A stretch of 64,000 nt of DNA from Vulcanimicrobiota bacterium (GCA_050250895.1 JBFWNU010000002.1:920709-984708); one strand, 5' to 3'; counted from the first letter of the stretch, positions 29,149 to 39,995 are shown. The notes: generated from the letters alone by a model not told the origin. A program made the numbers and translations.

Positions 29149-30023
29149 GAATCCAGGTTCTCGACCACCACTTTCTCGGTGCTTCTCAGACGGTGGCCAG
29201 TTTTCTGGTGGAAGGTCCCGGCGGTCACGTGCTCATCGAGACCGGACCGGCCAGCACCTTGAGCACCATGGAGGGCCACCTGGCCGACCGGGGATTAAAG
29301 CCGGGTGACATCGCGGCGGTGCTGGTAACTCACATCCACCTCGATCACGCCGGCGCTTGCGGTTGGTGGGCTCGCCACGGTTGTCCCATCTATGTGCACG
29401 AGCAAGGCGCACCCCATTTGATCGACCCCTCTAAGTTGCTGGCCAGCGCCGCCCGGATCTACCGCGACCGCATGCAAGAGTTGTGGGGCACGGTCGAGCC
29501 GGTGCCTGAGGCTCAGGTCAGGGCCTTGACCGATGGGCAGCAAGTCGAGGTGGCCGGGCTGAAGTTCGTGGTCCACGACACGCCAGGTCACGCCCGCCAT
29601 CACATGGCCTTCCAGCTCGAGGACGTGGCCTTCACGGGGGATGTGGCCGCGGTTCGTCTGGCCGGTGGCAAGTTCATCTCGCTGCCGGCCCCCCCGCCCG
29701 AGTTCGACCGCGAGGCCTGGAAGGCCAGTCTCGAAAAGCTGGCTCGACTGGAGCTGTCGGCCCTTTATCTGACTCATTTCGGTCGTTTCGACGATGTGGC
29801 CGCTCATCTGGCCACCATCGACGGCTTGCTCGACAAAACGGTGGAGTTCTTCGAGCAAAATCACCATCTCGAGGGCGACGCCCTGACTCGGGCTTACCGC
29901 CAGTGGGATCAGGCCCGGGCCGCGGCCGACGGGGTCGGGACCGACGACTACGACCGCTACGAGAAGGCCAATCCGACCTTCATGTCGGTTACCGGCGTCA
30001 AGCGCTATCTCAGCAAGCGCTAA
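29145..30023 (+). CDS. MBL-fold metallo-hydrolase
   Basis: THIHLDHAG, TPGHARHH, FTGD and LTHFG motifs. Confidence 0.9.
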   Translation: MRIQVLDHHFLGASQTVASFLVEGPGGHVLIETGPASTLSTMEGHLADRGLKPGDIAAVLVTHIHLDHAGACGWWARHGCPIYVHEQGAPHLIDPSKLLASAARIYRDRMQELWGTVEPVPEAQVRALTDGQQVEVAGLKFVVHDTPGHARHHMAFQLEDVAFTGDVAAVRLAGGKFISLPAPPPEFDREAWKASLEKLARLELSALYLTHFGRFDDVAAHLATIDGLLDKTVEFFEQNHHLEGDALTRAYRQWDQARAAADGVGTDDYDRYEKANPTFMSVTGVKRYLSKR

Positions 30024-30062
30024 AATCAGTTTCTTTTGAGGCGACCGGTCTAAGCTGTCAGC

Positions 30063-31181
30063 ATGGTTAGCCTCAGCCAGGCGGCCAGCCGTCTATTGCG
30101 CGACGAGTCGCGGCTGCCGATGGTCAAGAAGTGGGCCACCTCGACCAATCGTTGGGGCGCCCAGACTGCTCCTGTTGCCACTCAAGATACGGTTTTTTTG
30201 TGCGAGGACAGCAGTGGCGTGCGGGCCGTGCGCAGCGACACTGGCGAGACGGTCTGGACCCGCCAGCAATTGACCTGCTGGAGTCAGCCGGCCCTGGCCG
30301 GCGAGCGGCTCTTCGTGCGGGACTATGGCAGCCTTAAGTCGCTCGACACCCAGAGTGGCGAAATAGCCTGGGAAGTGCCCATCTCGGATCGTGGTTCGGG
30401 ACGGCCCGAAGTGGCCCGGGGGCGGGTGTTCTATACCGAGCCCGGGTTGGTGGCCGCTCGTGAGAGCCAGGATGGTGCCCTCGTCTGGCAGCGCGAACTT
30501 CACGAGCCTGCCCTGGTAGGGGCGACTCCGGCCGGTGACCTGGTGGTCTATAGCGACAAGAAGATTCACTGCCTCGAGGGTCAAACGGGCGACACCCAAT
30601 GGACCATCCCGGCCCCGGGCAAGGTGGCGGCTCGACTGACACCTGACGGCACCCTGCTGCTGCAGCGACCGACCGGAGGGTGGCTGCCGGTGTTGATGCC
30701 CGAGAAGAACACTCTCTTCGGCTACGACTCGGCCAGCGGATCCAGGCTGTGGAAAGAGCATACTCCCGCCCTGACTTTCGAGGTCGACGAACATGGCCAG
30801 TTTCTCACGGCGGATCATCAAGGCCATGTCGAGCAACGGATAGCCCGCACCGGCGAACGGACCTGGAGCGCCGAGTGCAAGTCGACTCCCGAGTGGCTTC
30901 AGGCGACCCCGGACGGGACCTGGCTGGTGGGCGAAAGGACCGCTCTGACCGCTCTAGCGGCGGACACCGGCGAACAGCTCTGGCAAGGCCGCCTGGAAAG
31001 GCCCACCGGTCAGCCAGCCAGCGGCCCCAACGGGACCCTCTTCGTGCGCTCCGAGGGCGAGATTTTTTGTCTGACGCGGCCTGTTGACGGCCGTGAAGAG
31101 GCCGCCACCAACCCGGTCACCCTGAGAGAAGAAGACGACCTGGTCTTTTTTGACGGGCTGGCCGTGGAACGGCGTTCCTGA
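30063..31181 (+). CDS. PQQ-like/BamB-type beta-propeller protein lacking signal peptide
   Basis: Repeated A.D..TG...W blades (TGETVW, SGEIAW, DGALVW, TGDTQW, SGSRLW, TGERTW, TGEQLW). Confidence 0.85.
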   Translation: MVSLSQAASRLLRDESRLPMVKKWATSTNRWGAQTAPVATQDTVFLCEDSSGVRAVRSDTGETVWTRQQLTCWSQPALAGERLFVRDYGSLKSLDTQSGEIAWEVPISDRGSGRPEVARGRVFYTEPGLVAARESQDGALVWQRELHEPALVGATPAGDLVVYSDKKIHCLEGQTGDTQWTIPAPGKVAARLTPDGTLLLQRPTGGWLPVLMPEKNTLFGYDSASGSRLWKEHTPALTFEVDEHGQFLTADHQGHVEQRIARTGERTWSAECKSTPEWLQATPDGTWLVGERTALTALAADTGEQLWQGRLERPTGQPASGPNGTLFVRSEGEIFCLTRPVDGREEAATNPVTLREEDDLVFFDGLAVERRS

Positions 31182-31280
31182 CGGACCGAAAGGCCTAGAC
31201 AGACGGGGTAGAATCCCTCCTAGGCAAAGCCTGCCTTACACCGATGATCCAGGCAGCGAATCAACGCCTGTGGAGGAACA

Positions 31281-31631
31281 ATGATTACCAGAAGACGTCA
31301 TCAACCCCGGTTGCCCGGTTGTGAAAATCGCCGACGAGCACCCCGGCATCCCCGTGTTTTCGAGGTGGCCGTGGGCAATCAGCAAGTGCGGGCGCTCAAC
31401 ATCTCCGCCACCGGCATCCGGGTGGTCAGCCCCCACCGGCTGGGCGACCAGGAAGTGACGCTGTCCATCCCGATGGAGTCGGGCTACATCCTCGAGGTGC
31501 AGGGACGGCCAGTGTGGCAACAGGCCCTGGGCGGCGAGACCCACGTGGTGGGCATCGCCTTTGGCCCTGACCCGGTGGCCCAGGCACGCCTGAGCAATTG
31601 GTTGGATTGTTGGCAGCTAATGGCGGCCTGA
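31281..31631 (+). CDS. PilZ domain protein
   Basis: GGAGG RBS; ENRRRAPR, NISATG, GRPVW and VGIAF motifs. Confidence 0.8.
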   Translation: MITRRRHQPRLPGCENRRRAPRHPRVFEVAVGNQQVRALNISATGIRVVSPHRLGDQEVTLSIPMESGYILEVQGRPVWQQALGGETHVVGIAFGPDPVAQARLSNWLDCWQLMAA

Positions 31632-33203
31632 TTCGACGGCCAACAGTTCTTCCTGGGTCTGAAACGCGAGCCGGCTCTTCTCTTCGGCCAGCCGAGCCAG
31701 ACAACGGTTGAGCAAAAGCTTCTCCTGGGCTTCGCCCTCCAGGGAAGTCTCGATGGCAAAGCGCACGTCCAGACGCAGGGTGGCTTTGGTCCAGAGCAGT
31801 TCGCGACCCATGATCTCTTCGCGAATCCGCTGGGTTAGACGCTCGGCATGGAAGGCGTCGCAGTTGGGCAAGATCAGGGCGAAGGTGGCCTCGCCCAGAC
31901 GGGCCACCGTGTCGGTGCGCCGGCAGGCGTCAGATAGGCACTGGGCCAGGCGCAGCACCAGATCGTTGATCAAGGCGTGGTCGTGCACGGCACGCATAGC
32001 CTCGATGTTGGCCACCTTCAGCAAGCTCAGAGCCAGCGTATGGCGATAGCGACGGGCCCGCAGCACTTCGTCTTGCAGGCGGTGGTGAAAATGGACGCGA
32101 TTGGCCAGCCCGGTAAAAGGGTCTTTGACGGCCGCCTGATACAGCCGGGCATTGTCGATGGCTCGCGCGGCCTGACGGGCCAGTCGGGTAGCCTTGCGCA
32201 GGTCGCGCCGGGTGAAAGGGTCGCCGTTGCGTTTGTTGGTCAAGTTGAGCACGCCTAGAACCATGCCTTCCGATTGCAGCGGAACACACAACAAAGATTC
32301 GGCAAAGCTCGACTCGGGGTCGAGGAAATCTTTCTGCGACTCGACGCGGTTGACGATGCGAGGCTGTCCCGACTGAGCCACCTGGCCGGCCACCCCCTGA
32401 CCCAGTTTGATACGACGGCTGGGCATCAGGCCTTCTTCAAGCTGAGCTTGAACGCGCGGGTCAAGACCTCGAACGGCTCGCACCACCAATTCGTCGGTGT
32501 GGGTGTCGACCAGCATCAGCGAACCCTTTTCGGCCCCCAGGGCGACCCTGGCCGCCTCTAGCAGATCTTCGAGTTGGGACCACTGGTCCTCGAGCTGCAC
32601 CAGAGCGTCGCCCCACTCTTCAAAGGTCGTCAGGGCCGTGCGCCGGCGGTTGACCTCGTTCTTGAGGTGGGCCAGCTGCTCTTGCAAGCGCAGGCGCTCG
32701 AGGGCCTCGCCCGCCCGGCGGGCCAGCATCCGGGCGGTAGCCCGCTGCTCATCGCCCTTGAGTTTGGCGTCGAGGGTGAGGATGCCGACCAGGCCCTCGG
32801 CCCCGGTCACGGGGATCCAGGTGACCCCTCCCAAACCCTCGAGGGCGTTCTCGCGAAAACTGCCCGGATAGGCTGGAAAACCCAGGGCGTCGCAGACCAG
32901 AAACGGCTCGTCCCCCTGGACCATCTCCCACAGGATGCCGGGGCTGGGGTGATACGAAGTGGCCGACACTTCGTCGTCGAATTCGCCTCGGGACCCGAGC
33001 AGCGAGAAGCAGTGCGGCCGGGGACGCCAGACCAAAAAGGCCAGCCGCTCGGCCCCGGTGCGTTCGGCCAGGGCCGCCAGCACCAGATCGGCCACCTCTT
33101 CTGCCTGGGTGCAGCAGACCAGGGCGCGGAGCAGACGATCCAGCACTTGGAGATGGGCCGAGCGCGGCAGCCCGTTGAGGCTGGTAGTCGGGGTCTCAGT
33201 CAC
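31617..33203 (-). CDS. GAF-GAF-GGDEF protein with degenerate active site
   Basis: GAF motifs (GQGVAGQVA, LCVPL, GVLNLTNK); DPFTGLANR; RLGEATF replaces GGDEF. Start uncertain (GTG 33203). Confidence 0.82.
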   Translation of the reverse strand: MTETPTTSLNGLPRSAHLQVLDRLLRALVCCTQAEEVADLVLAALAERTGAERLAFLVWRPRPHCFSLLGSRGEFDDEVSATSYHPSPGILWEMVQGDEPFLVCDALGFPAYPGSFRENALEGLGGVTWIPVTGAEGLVGILTLDAKLKGDEQRATARMLARRAGEALERLRLQEQLAHLKNEVNRRRTALTTFEEWGDALVQLEDQWSQLEDLLEAARVALGAEKGSLMLVDTHTDELVVRAVRGLDPRVQAQLEEGLMPSRRIKLGQGVAGQVAQSGQPRIVNRVESQKDFLDPESSFAESLLCVPLQSEGMVLGVLNLTNKRNGDPFTRRDLRKATRLARQAARAIDNARLYQAAVKDPFTGLANRVHFHHRLQDEVLRARRYRHTLALSLLKVANIEAMRAVHDHALINDLVLRLAQCLSDACRRTDTVARLGEATFALILPNCDAFHAERLTQRIREEIMGRELLWTKATLRLDVRFAIETSLEGEAQEKLLLNRCLARLAEEKSRLAFQTQEELLAVESGRH

Positions 33204-33219
33204 ACCGCGATCGTACCCG

Positions 33220-34557
33220 TCAGGAGTGGAAGGCAAACCTGGTGAACTGGGTGCCCTCGCGTCCGGCTGCCGCTGCCACCAGATGAGTAGAGTCGGTGAT
33301 GGCCGCCCTGGCGCCGGTGCGCTGAGCGAAGCGGGCAGCCGCCTCTACTTTGGGTAACATGCTGCCGGCGCCGAAATGGCCGGCTCCCATGTAGGTCTGG
33401 GCCTGTTCGGCAGTAAGCACATCCAGGGGCTGTTCCTCCGGAGTTCCGAAGTGAATGTATACCTTCGGCACGGCCGTGCAGATCAAGAGCAGGTCGGCGG
33501 CCATTTGGGCGGCCAGCAGACCGGCGGTGCGGTCTTTGTCGATGACGGCCGGTATTCCCTCGTGGTGGGCGTTGACGGGGATGCCGCCCCCACCGGCCAC
33601 TACCATCAAGACGTCCTGTTGAGCGAGGGCCTGCATGGCCGCCAGTTCAACGATCCGGCGGGGTTCGGGGGACGGAACCACCCGCCTCCAGCCGCGTCCC
33701 GCATCCTCGACAATGGTCCAGCCCTCTTCGTCGCGGCGCGCCTCGGCCGCGTCGCGCAGCAGAAACGGGCCGATCGGTTTCTCGGGGTTCTCGAAAGCCG
33801 GGTCGTTCGGGTCCACCTCGACCTGGGTCACCAGCGAGACCGGCAAGGTGGTCCGGCCGCGGGCTTGAAATTCTGCACCCAGGGCCCGTTGAAAGTCGTA
33901 GCCGAGCGTAGCCTGCGTCTCGGCCACACACTGGTCGAGCGTCATCGGCGCGACTTGCTCGCGGGCCAGTTCCGAGCGGCGCAGAGAGGCACCCACCTGA
34001 GGGCCGTTACCGTGGGTGAGGACGACTTTCCAGCCGGCCTCGAGCAGACCCACGATGGGGATCACCGAGGCCTGAATCGAGGCATACCCTTCGACCACGG
34101 CGTTGCCGCCGACGGCCACCACGGCCAGACCCGGTAGGCGGCGAAACATACGCCGGTGGATGATGCCGGCATCGTCGAATTCGGGTCCCTCGGCGTGATA
34201 GCCCAGGCGTTCGTAAAAGGGGATGACATCGAGTTGGGCGTCGAGCATCACCTCGACCATGCCGCGTTGGCGAGCCCGCTCCTCGATGGCGCGCATGACG
34301 GCCTGGCCCACTCCGCTGCCGCGTACCGACTGGCGTACCACCACCCGGCCGATCTTGCCGCGACCGTCGCCGATTTCCACCAGGCGGGCCGTGGCCATGG
34401 GGGCACCCTTGGAGAACAGCACCAGATGCTCGGCCAACTCGTCGAGTTCGTCCTTTTCGAGTTCGAGCGGCACGCCTTGTTCGTGAACGAAGACCTCTTC
34501 GCGCAGGGCGAAATTGGCTTCCATTTCCGCCTCGGACCGGGCGAAACAGAATTTCAT
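33220..34557 (-). CDS. arcC: GNAT acetyltransferase (ElaA/YjcF-like) fused to carbamate kinase
   Basis: LREEVFVHEQGVP, KIGRVVV...RGSGVG and FYERLGY, then VAVGGNA, THGNGPQVG, KPIGPF, WRRVVPSP, AVIDKD and GSMLPK in one frame. Confidence 0.85.
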   Translation of the reverse strand: MKFCFARSEAEMEANFALREEVFVHEQGVPLELEKDELDELAEHLVLFSKGAPMATARLVEIGDGRGKIGRVVVRQSVRGSGVGQAVMRAIEERARQRGMVEVMLDAQLDVIPFYERLGYHAEGPEFDDAGIIHRRMFRRLPGLAVVAVGGNAVVEGYASIQASVIPIVGLLEAGWKVVLTHGNGPQVGASLRRSELAREQVAPMTLDQCVAETQATLGYDFQRALGAEFQARGRTTLPVSLVTQVEVDPNDPAFENPEKPIGPFLLRDAAEARRDEEGWTIVEDAGRGWRRVVPSPEPRRIVELAAMQALAQQDVLMVVAGGGGIPVNAHHEGIPAVIDKDRTAGLLAAQMAADLLLICTAVPKVYIHFGTPEEQPLDVLTAEQAQTYMGAGHFGAGSMLPKVEAAARFAQRTGARAAITDSTHLVAAAAGREGTQFTRFAFHS

Positions 34558-34603
34558 CTGGATAGAATTTTCGCGCCGCCTTCTCGCTCCTCCAGGAAAG
34601 GGG

Positions 34604-35869
34604 TTATCTCCTGGTTCGAGGCTCCCCGCGCAGGATCGAGGCGTGGCCCAGGTGGCGGGCCAACAGCTCGCGCGAGCGCCGCCCAAAGGTCTCGAAGGTG
34701 ATGCCGCAGCTGTCTTCCAAGCCCCGGGTCGACTGGGTCCAAGCTACGGTGCCGGTGGCTTCGAGCTTGGTACCGGCCAGGTGAATGCTCATGTGGACCC
34801 GGTCGCCCACCTGCAGTTCGGGAGCATCGTGCACCCGGACGCCCCCCAGCGATAGATCGGCCGACTTGCGCAATCCCACTCCCGAGGGCAGCGAGAACTC
34901 GACCACGGCCTCGAGAGGCATGCGCTGGTGACCACGCCGCTCGTCTTCGGGCGAATCGCGCATCAAGCAGACCCGGTTGCGCCCTTCATTCTTGGCTCGA
35001 TAAAGGGCCTCGTCGGCGCGGCGCAGCAATAACTCCATGGTCTCTTCATCCTTGAGCACCCCCGGCATCTCGGGTTCGGCGGCCCGATACCACGAGACGC
35101 CAATGCTGATGGTGACCTGCGGGTCGTGGCACGTCTGCTCGACCGCTGCCCGCAACTTTTCGGCCACCATCTCGGCCCCATCAGCATCGGTCGAGGGCAG
35201 CATCACCACGAACTCCTCGCCGCCGAAGCGGGCCACAATGTCGCCCTTGCGGGTCATCGAATAAATCGAGGTAGCTACCCGACGCAGCACCACGTCTCCC
35301 TCGAGGTGGCCAAGCCGATCATTGATCCGTTTGAAATGGTCGACGTCGATCATCAGACACGACAGCACCGGGGGGCCGGGTCGCGAATACTGGTTCACAT
35401 GCTGGCGCATCGATTCGAACAGGTAGCGACGCGAGAAGACACCGGTGAGCTCGTCGCGAATGACCTTCTCACGCAGGCAAAGCGCCTCGAACAGCCGGAT
35501 CTGGTTCTTCACCCGAGCGCGCACCAGTAGCTCGGAGTTGGGCCATTCGACGAAGTCGTTGACCCCCGATTCGAGCCAGCGCTCGAGGCGCGGTCGCTCC
35601 AATCCGGGCTCGACCAGGGCCAGCGAAGGGGTCTCGCCCGAGAAATCGGTTTGGCGGATGGGGCCCAGCCAGGCTGCGAGTTCTTGCTCGAGCAGGGGGT
35701 CGTCAAAGATGACCAGGGCCGGCGGCGAGTGGTGCACCAGGTTGCGATAGCTCTCGAGTTCGAGACATTGCACCACTTCATAGCCTTCAGCCAGAAGATA
35801 GGTTCGGAAAGTTCCGGCGGTGGGGGACCCCCCGCAGAGGAGAATCGACCGGCGCTCCTGCTCGTCCAT
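34604..35869 (-). CDS. diguanylate cyclase: pseudo-receiver + GGDEF + PilZ
   Basis: DELTG, DVDHFKRIND, RKGD I-site, RFGGEEF, ADEALYRAK; PilZ ERRGHQR and DLSLGG. Confidence 0.9.
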   Translation of the reverse strand: MDEQERRSILLCGGSPTAGTFRTYLLAEGYEVVQCLELESYRNLVHHSPPALVIFDDPLLEQELAAWLGPIRQTDFSGETPSLALVEPGLERPRLERWLESGVNDFVEWPNSELLVRARVKNQIRLFEALCLREKVIRDELTGVFSRRYLFESMRQHVNQYSRPGPPVLSCLMIDVDHFKRINDRLGHLEGDVVLRRVATSIYSMTRKGDIVARFGGEEFVVMLPSTDADGAEMVAEKLRAAVEQTCHDPQVTISIGVSWYRAAEPEMPGVLKDEETMELLLRRADEALYRAKNEGRNRVCLMRDSPEDERRGHQRMPLEAVVEFSLPSGVGLRKSADLSLGGVRVHDAPELQVGDRVHMSIHLAGTKLEATGTVAWTQSTRGLEDSCGITFETFGRRSRELLARHLGHASILRGEPRTRR

Positions 35870-35977
35870 AGTAACCGTTTCCCCCTCCTTTTGGTGAATC
35901 CCTACGCTTGGTGTTTACCTGGTAGCAACAAAACCCCTGGTCCGGCTGTGTATTGTTCTGTCAGCATCGGAGGAAGA

Positions 35978-37169
<1,192 letters not shown>

Positions 37170-37195
<26 letters not shown>

Positions 37196-37667
37196 CTCTG
37201 GGCTGGTGGCCGGTGGCGGCGAGAAAACGGGCTAATCCCTCGGCCTCTAGCTCGAGGGTACTGGTGTTGACCAGCGGATGGCAGCGCACCGAGGCGGCGG
37301 CGGCGATCGGTTGGTCGAGCACCAGCTCGACCTTTTGTTCCCGGTCGTTGAACAATCCCAAAATGGTGACCGAGCCGGGCTCGACCCCCAGATGCTGTAG
37401 GAGGCGCTCGGACGATCCCAGACTGAGTTTGCTGGTGTCGAGCACCTCGGCCAGGGCTTTGAGGTCGACTCGTTTGTCATAGCCTACCACCACCAGAAAG
37501 TGGCGTTTACCGGGACGATCGCGCACGAACACATTCTTGGTGCGGGCGGCTTCCATGGCCGGCACCAGGCGCTCGGCCTCTTCACAGGTATAGACGGGAG
37601 GGTGATCGTGGCGGCGGTAGTCGATACCCTGCGCGGCCAGAAAGTGGTAGAGGGGTTCTGGATTCAG
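37170..37667 (-). CDS. YbaK/ProX-family aminoacyl-tRNA editing protein (probable CTG start)
   Basis: LYHFLAAQGIDYRRHDHPPVYT, TKNVFVRD, LGVEPGSVT and HPLVNTST; similarity extends 34 codons upstream of the track ORF. Confidence 0.85.
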
Positions 37668-37670
37668 GGT

Positions 37671-38117
37671 TTAACTCAACTTTTTCTTGACCAGCGCGCT
37701 GATGGCGCCCCCGTCGACAGGGCGCCCGGCGAAAGCCTCGCGCACCGTCTTGATGACCTGACCCATCTGTTTCATCGAATCGGCCTTCGTGTCGGCGATG
37801 GCCTGGTCGACCGCCGCCTCGATTTCGGTCTCGCTCGGGGCCGCCGGCAGGTATTCTTCGATGATGGCCAGTTCGTTGCGCTCGACCGAGGCGAGATCCT
37901 CGCGGCCGGCTTTCTCGAACTGCTCGATGGAGTCTTTGCGCTGCTTGGTCAGCTTGATCAGCACAGCCACCGCGGTGGCCGGGTCGAGGGGACCGCGGCG
38001 TTCGATCTCTTCGTTCTTGATGGCCGTCTTGACCATGCGCAGGGTGTTGAGCCGCTCTTTTTCGCGGGCTTTCATGGCGGTTTTGATGTCGTCGTCGATG
38101 CGTTGCTGTAAACTCAC
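37671..38117 (-). CDS. yqeY: GatB/YqeY domain protein
   Basis: DIKTAMKARE, KQRKDSIEQFEKAGREDL, YLP and MKQMGQV motifs. Confidence 0.93.
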   Translation of the reverse strand: MSLQQRIDDDIKTAMKAREKERLNTLRMVKTAIKNEEIERRGPLDPATAVAVLIKLTKQRKDSIEQFEKAGREDLASVERNELAIIEEYLPAAPSETEIEAAVDQAIADTKADSMKQMGQVIKTVREAFAGRPVDGGAISALVKKKLS

Positions 38118-39316
38118 GCCGGACCCTTCGGCGAGTCCGTCATTTTCCCCGCTCGTCGCGCCAGCACCGCCAGCCTTCCCCGCCCTTTGCGAAACAGCAG
38201 TAGCACACCGCGATTGGGCCCACTGGGCTTGAGCCGCTTGCGGAACTGGTCGGGGTCAAGTTCTACGCCGCGTTTTTTGATCTCGAGTTGCCCGATCTGA
38301 CGCTGCCGGATTTCGGCCCGCAAGATCTTCTCTCGAGCCGGCAAAACGGCCTCGATGAAGAAAGTCGAGAACAACTCTCCCTCGACCTGGCGAGGACCTA
38401 CCAGATAGGCAATTTCGGCATCCACTAGATGGGCGTCCAGGCTTTGACACAATCCGGTCAAAGCGCGGGCCCGCACCAGGGCCGGTTGGGGTTCGAAAAG
38501 GAAACTCATGCCTTCGAGCCCGCCGGTGGGAGCGGGGTCGAGGTCGCCCTCGATCTCGAGCCAGCCAGACTCGGTATGCAGGCTGGCCAGGCGGCCGGTC
38601 AGGCCAAACCCGCACCACAGGACGGCCTCGGGGCAGGTGCGGTCGAAACCTACGAACTCGACCTGACAGTTGGCCGGCAGCTCGCCGTCGCGGATGCCAG
38701 GGGCCGCCTTGACCACGGTGGGCAACGACTTCAGCCGGGCCAGAGCCTGACCGAGCGGAGGGTCCCAGTCGTCGGGCCGCAGGCGGCGCCGGCCATCGTG
38801 CCGCCGCGACGGGTCCAGATAGGCGGCGGCCGCCGCCGGAAGCTCCTGGCTTAACCAGTCGCCGAGCCGGAAGTCGACCTGCAATCCGAGCCGCTGACAG
38901 TTGGTGCGGGCCAGCAGCAGGCGGGCTTCGTCTTTCTCGAAGGCGATCACCGGACGCAGTCGGGCCAACTCGATGGTGTCGGCGCCGATCCCGCAGCCCA
39001 GTTCGAGAATCGGGCCGGATGGGGCTAGCCGGTGCAGCTTCTCGGCTCGACGTCGGGCGGCCAGGCTAGAACTCGCCTGCTCATCGGCCTGGTCGATGAA
39101 GAAGAGTTGTTCGGCTTGGTCTATCCGGCCGCTGGCTTTGCGGCGCTGCTGGGCCAGGCTCAGCAAAGCCAGCGATTCTTCCGAGCTGTAGTCTTTGCGC
39201 AGAGCCGCCAGCAAGCGCGGCACGTCGGCGGGGGAAAAGCTCAAAGGAGTGAGCCAGTCCAGGGCCGGCGCGGCCGGCGCCGAGATCAGAAAGGTGGCTG
39301 TCGCGAGAGAATCCAC
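38114..39316 (-). CDS. class I SAM-dependent methyltransferase with THUMP-like C-terminus
   Basis: EQASS, LELGCGIGAD, YLDPSRR, VKAAPGI and LEIKKRG motifs; start uncertain. Confidence 0.8.
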   Translation of the reverse strand: MDSLATATFLISAPAAPALDWLTPLSFSPADVPRLLAALRKDYSSEESLALLSLAQQRRKASGRIDQAEQLFFIDQADEQASSSLAARRRAEKLHRLAPSGPILELGCGIGADTIELARLRPVIAFEKDEARLLLARTNCQRLGLQVDFRLGDWLSQELPAAAAAYLDPSRRHDGRRRLRPDDWDPPLGQALARLKSLPTVVKAAPGIRDGELPANCQVEFVGFDRTCPEAVLWCGFGLTGRLASLHTESGWLEIEGDLDPAPTGGLEGMSFLFEPQPALVRARALTGLCQSLDAHLVDAEIAYLVGPRQVEGELFSTFFIEAVLPAREKILRAEIRQRQIGQLEIKKRGVELDPDQFRKRLKPSGPNRGVLLLFRKGRGRLAVLARRAGKMTDSPKGPA

Positions 39317-39358
39317 TCGGGCACTGTTTGCCCCAGGTGTCGGGGCTCCTGTTCCCGA

Positions 39359-39395
39359 AAAAAAAGGGCAGGGCCTGCTGCAACAGGCTCTACCC
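39359..39395 (-). terminator. intrinsic terminator
   Basis: Minus strand GGGTAGAGCCTG/CAGGCCCTGCCC stem followed by a T-tract. Confidence 0.8.
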
Positions 39396-39396
39396 A

Positions 39397-39503
39397 GAGG
39401 GGTCCGAGGCGCCACCCCGAGGGGTTGATGCTCGCGACGCTACACAGTACGGGTTTCCTCCCTTCGATGTTGGATTTGGTTTTGGCGATTCGGACTCCTC
39501 GAC
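39397..39503 (-). ncRNA. candidate structured ncRNA (short 6S-like rod)
   Basis: GAGGAGTCCGA/TCGGACCCCTC and CGCCA/TGGCG closing stems, an A/C-rich bubble, an inner CGAAGGG/CCCCTCG helix, and a terminator directly downstream. Confidence 0.45.
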
Positions 39504-39506
39504 TTT

Positions 39507-39995
39507 TTAATTCTTGCTGGGTAAGGGGAAGGCGCCGGCCAGGCCGCCCGCATCTGACAGTTTCAGCCAGCCCATGAAGGTGGCTCGGTCGTCGGAGAAC
39601 AGCGGATTCCGCAGGCTGGGCAGACCCTCCTGGCGGCCCTGAGGGCGAGGTCCCGACTGTTGGGCCACGGCCACCAGGCGGATGATGGCCTCGAGGTCCT
39701 TGGGGTTGAGGCCGAACAGAATCCTCTGGATGCGGGGCAACGGCATCGCGCGTGCCTGCAGGGCTCGGATGGCCAGCAACTGGTAAGCGTGGCGCTCGCC
39801 GAAGACGGGCTGGTCACCCGTATAGGCCAGCGGCCGATCCATCAGACCAAGTTGGACATAGTAGCGAACGTTGCGGGCGGTGGTGGCCGCCGAGACCGGC
39901 CCTACCGGCCAGCCGATGCGGTTTTTCTCGAGAGCACGGTGGACGCGCGTGCGGAGTTCTTCCAGGCTGTAAGCTTCACGATTGGCTTGCGACAT
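39507..39995 (-). CDS. MerR-like HTH transcriptional regulator
   Basis: ARNVRYYVQLGLMDRP and QLLAIRALQARAMPLPRIQ. Confidence 0.82.
   Translation of the reverse strand: MSQANREAYSLEELRTRVHRALEKNRIGWPVGPVSAATTARNVRYYVQLGLMDRPLAYTGDQPVFGERHAYQLLAIRALQARAMPLPRIQRILFGLNPKDLEAIIRLVAVAQQSGPRPQGRQEGLPSLRNPLFSDDRATFMGWLKLSDAGGLAGAFPLPSKN

Noticed and set aside
35651-35977. Long N-terminal extension of the subtilase
   Set aside because: Overlaps the divergent cyclase gene; the RBS supports ATG 35978.
39397-39503. Known riboswitch or SRP RNA
   Set aside because: By eye it lacks TPP, SAM-I, glycine, c-di-GMP, ZTP and SRP consensus elements; kept only as an unidentified structured RNA.
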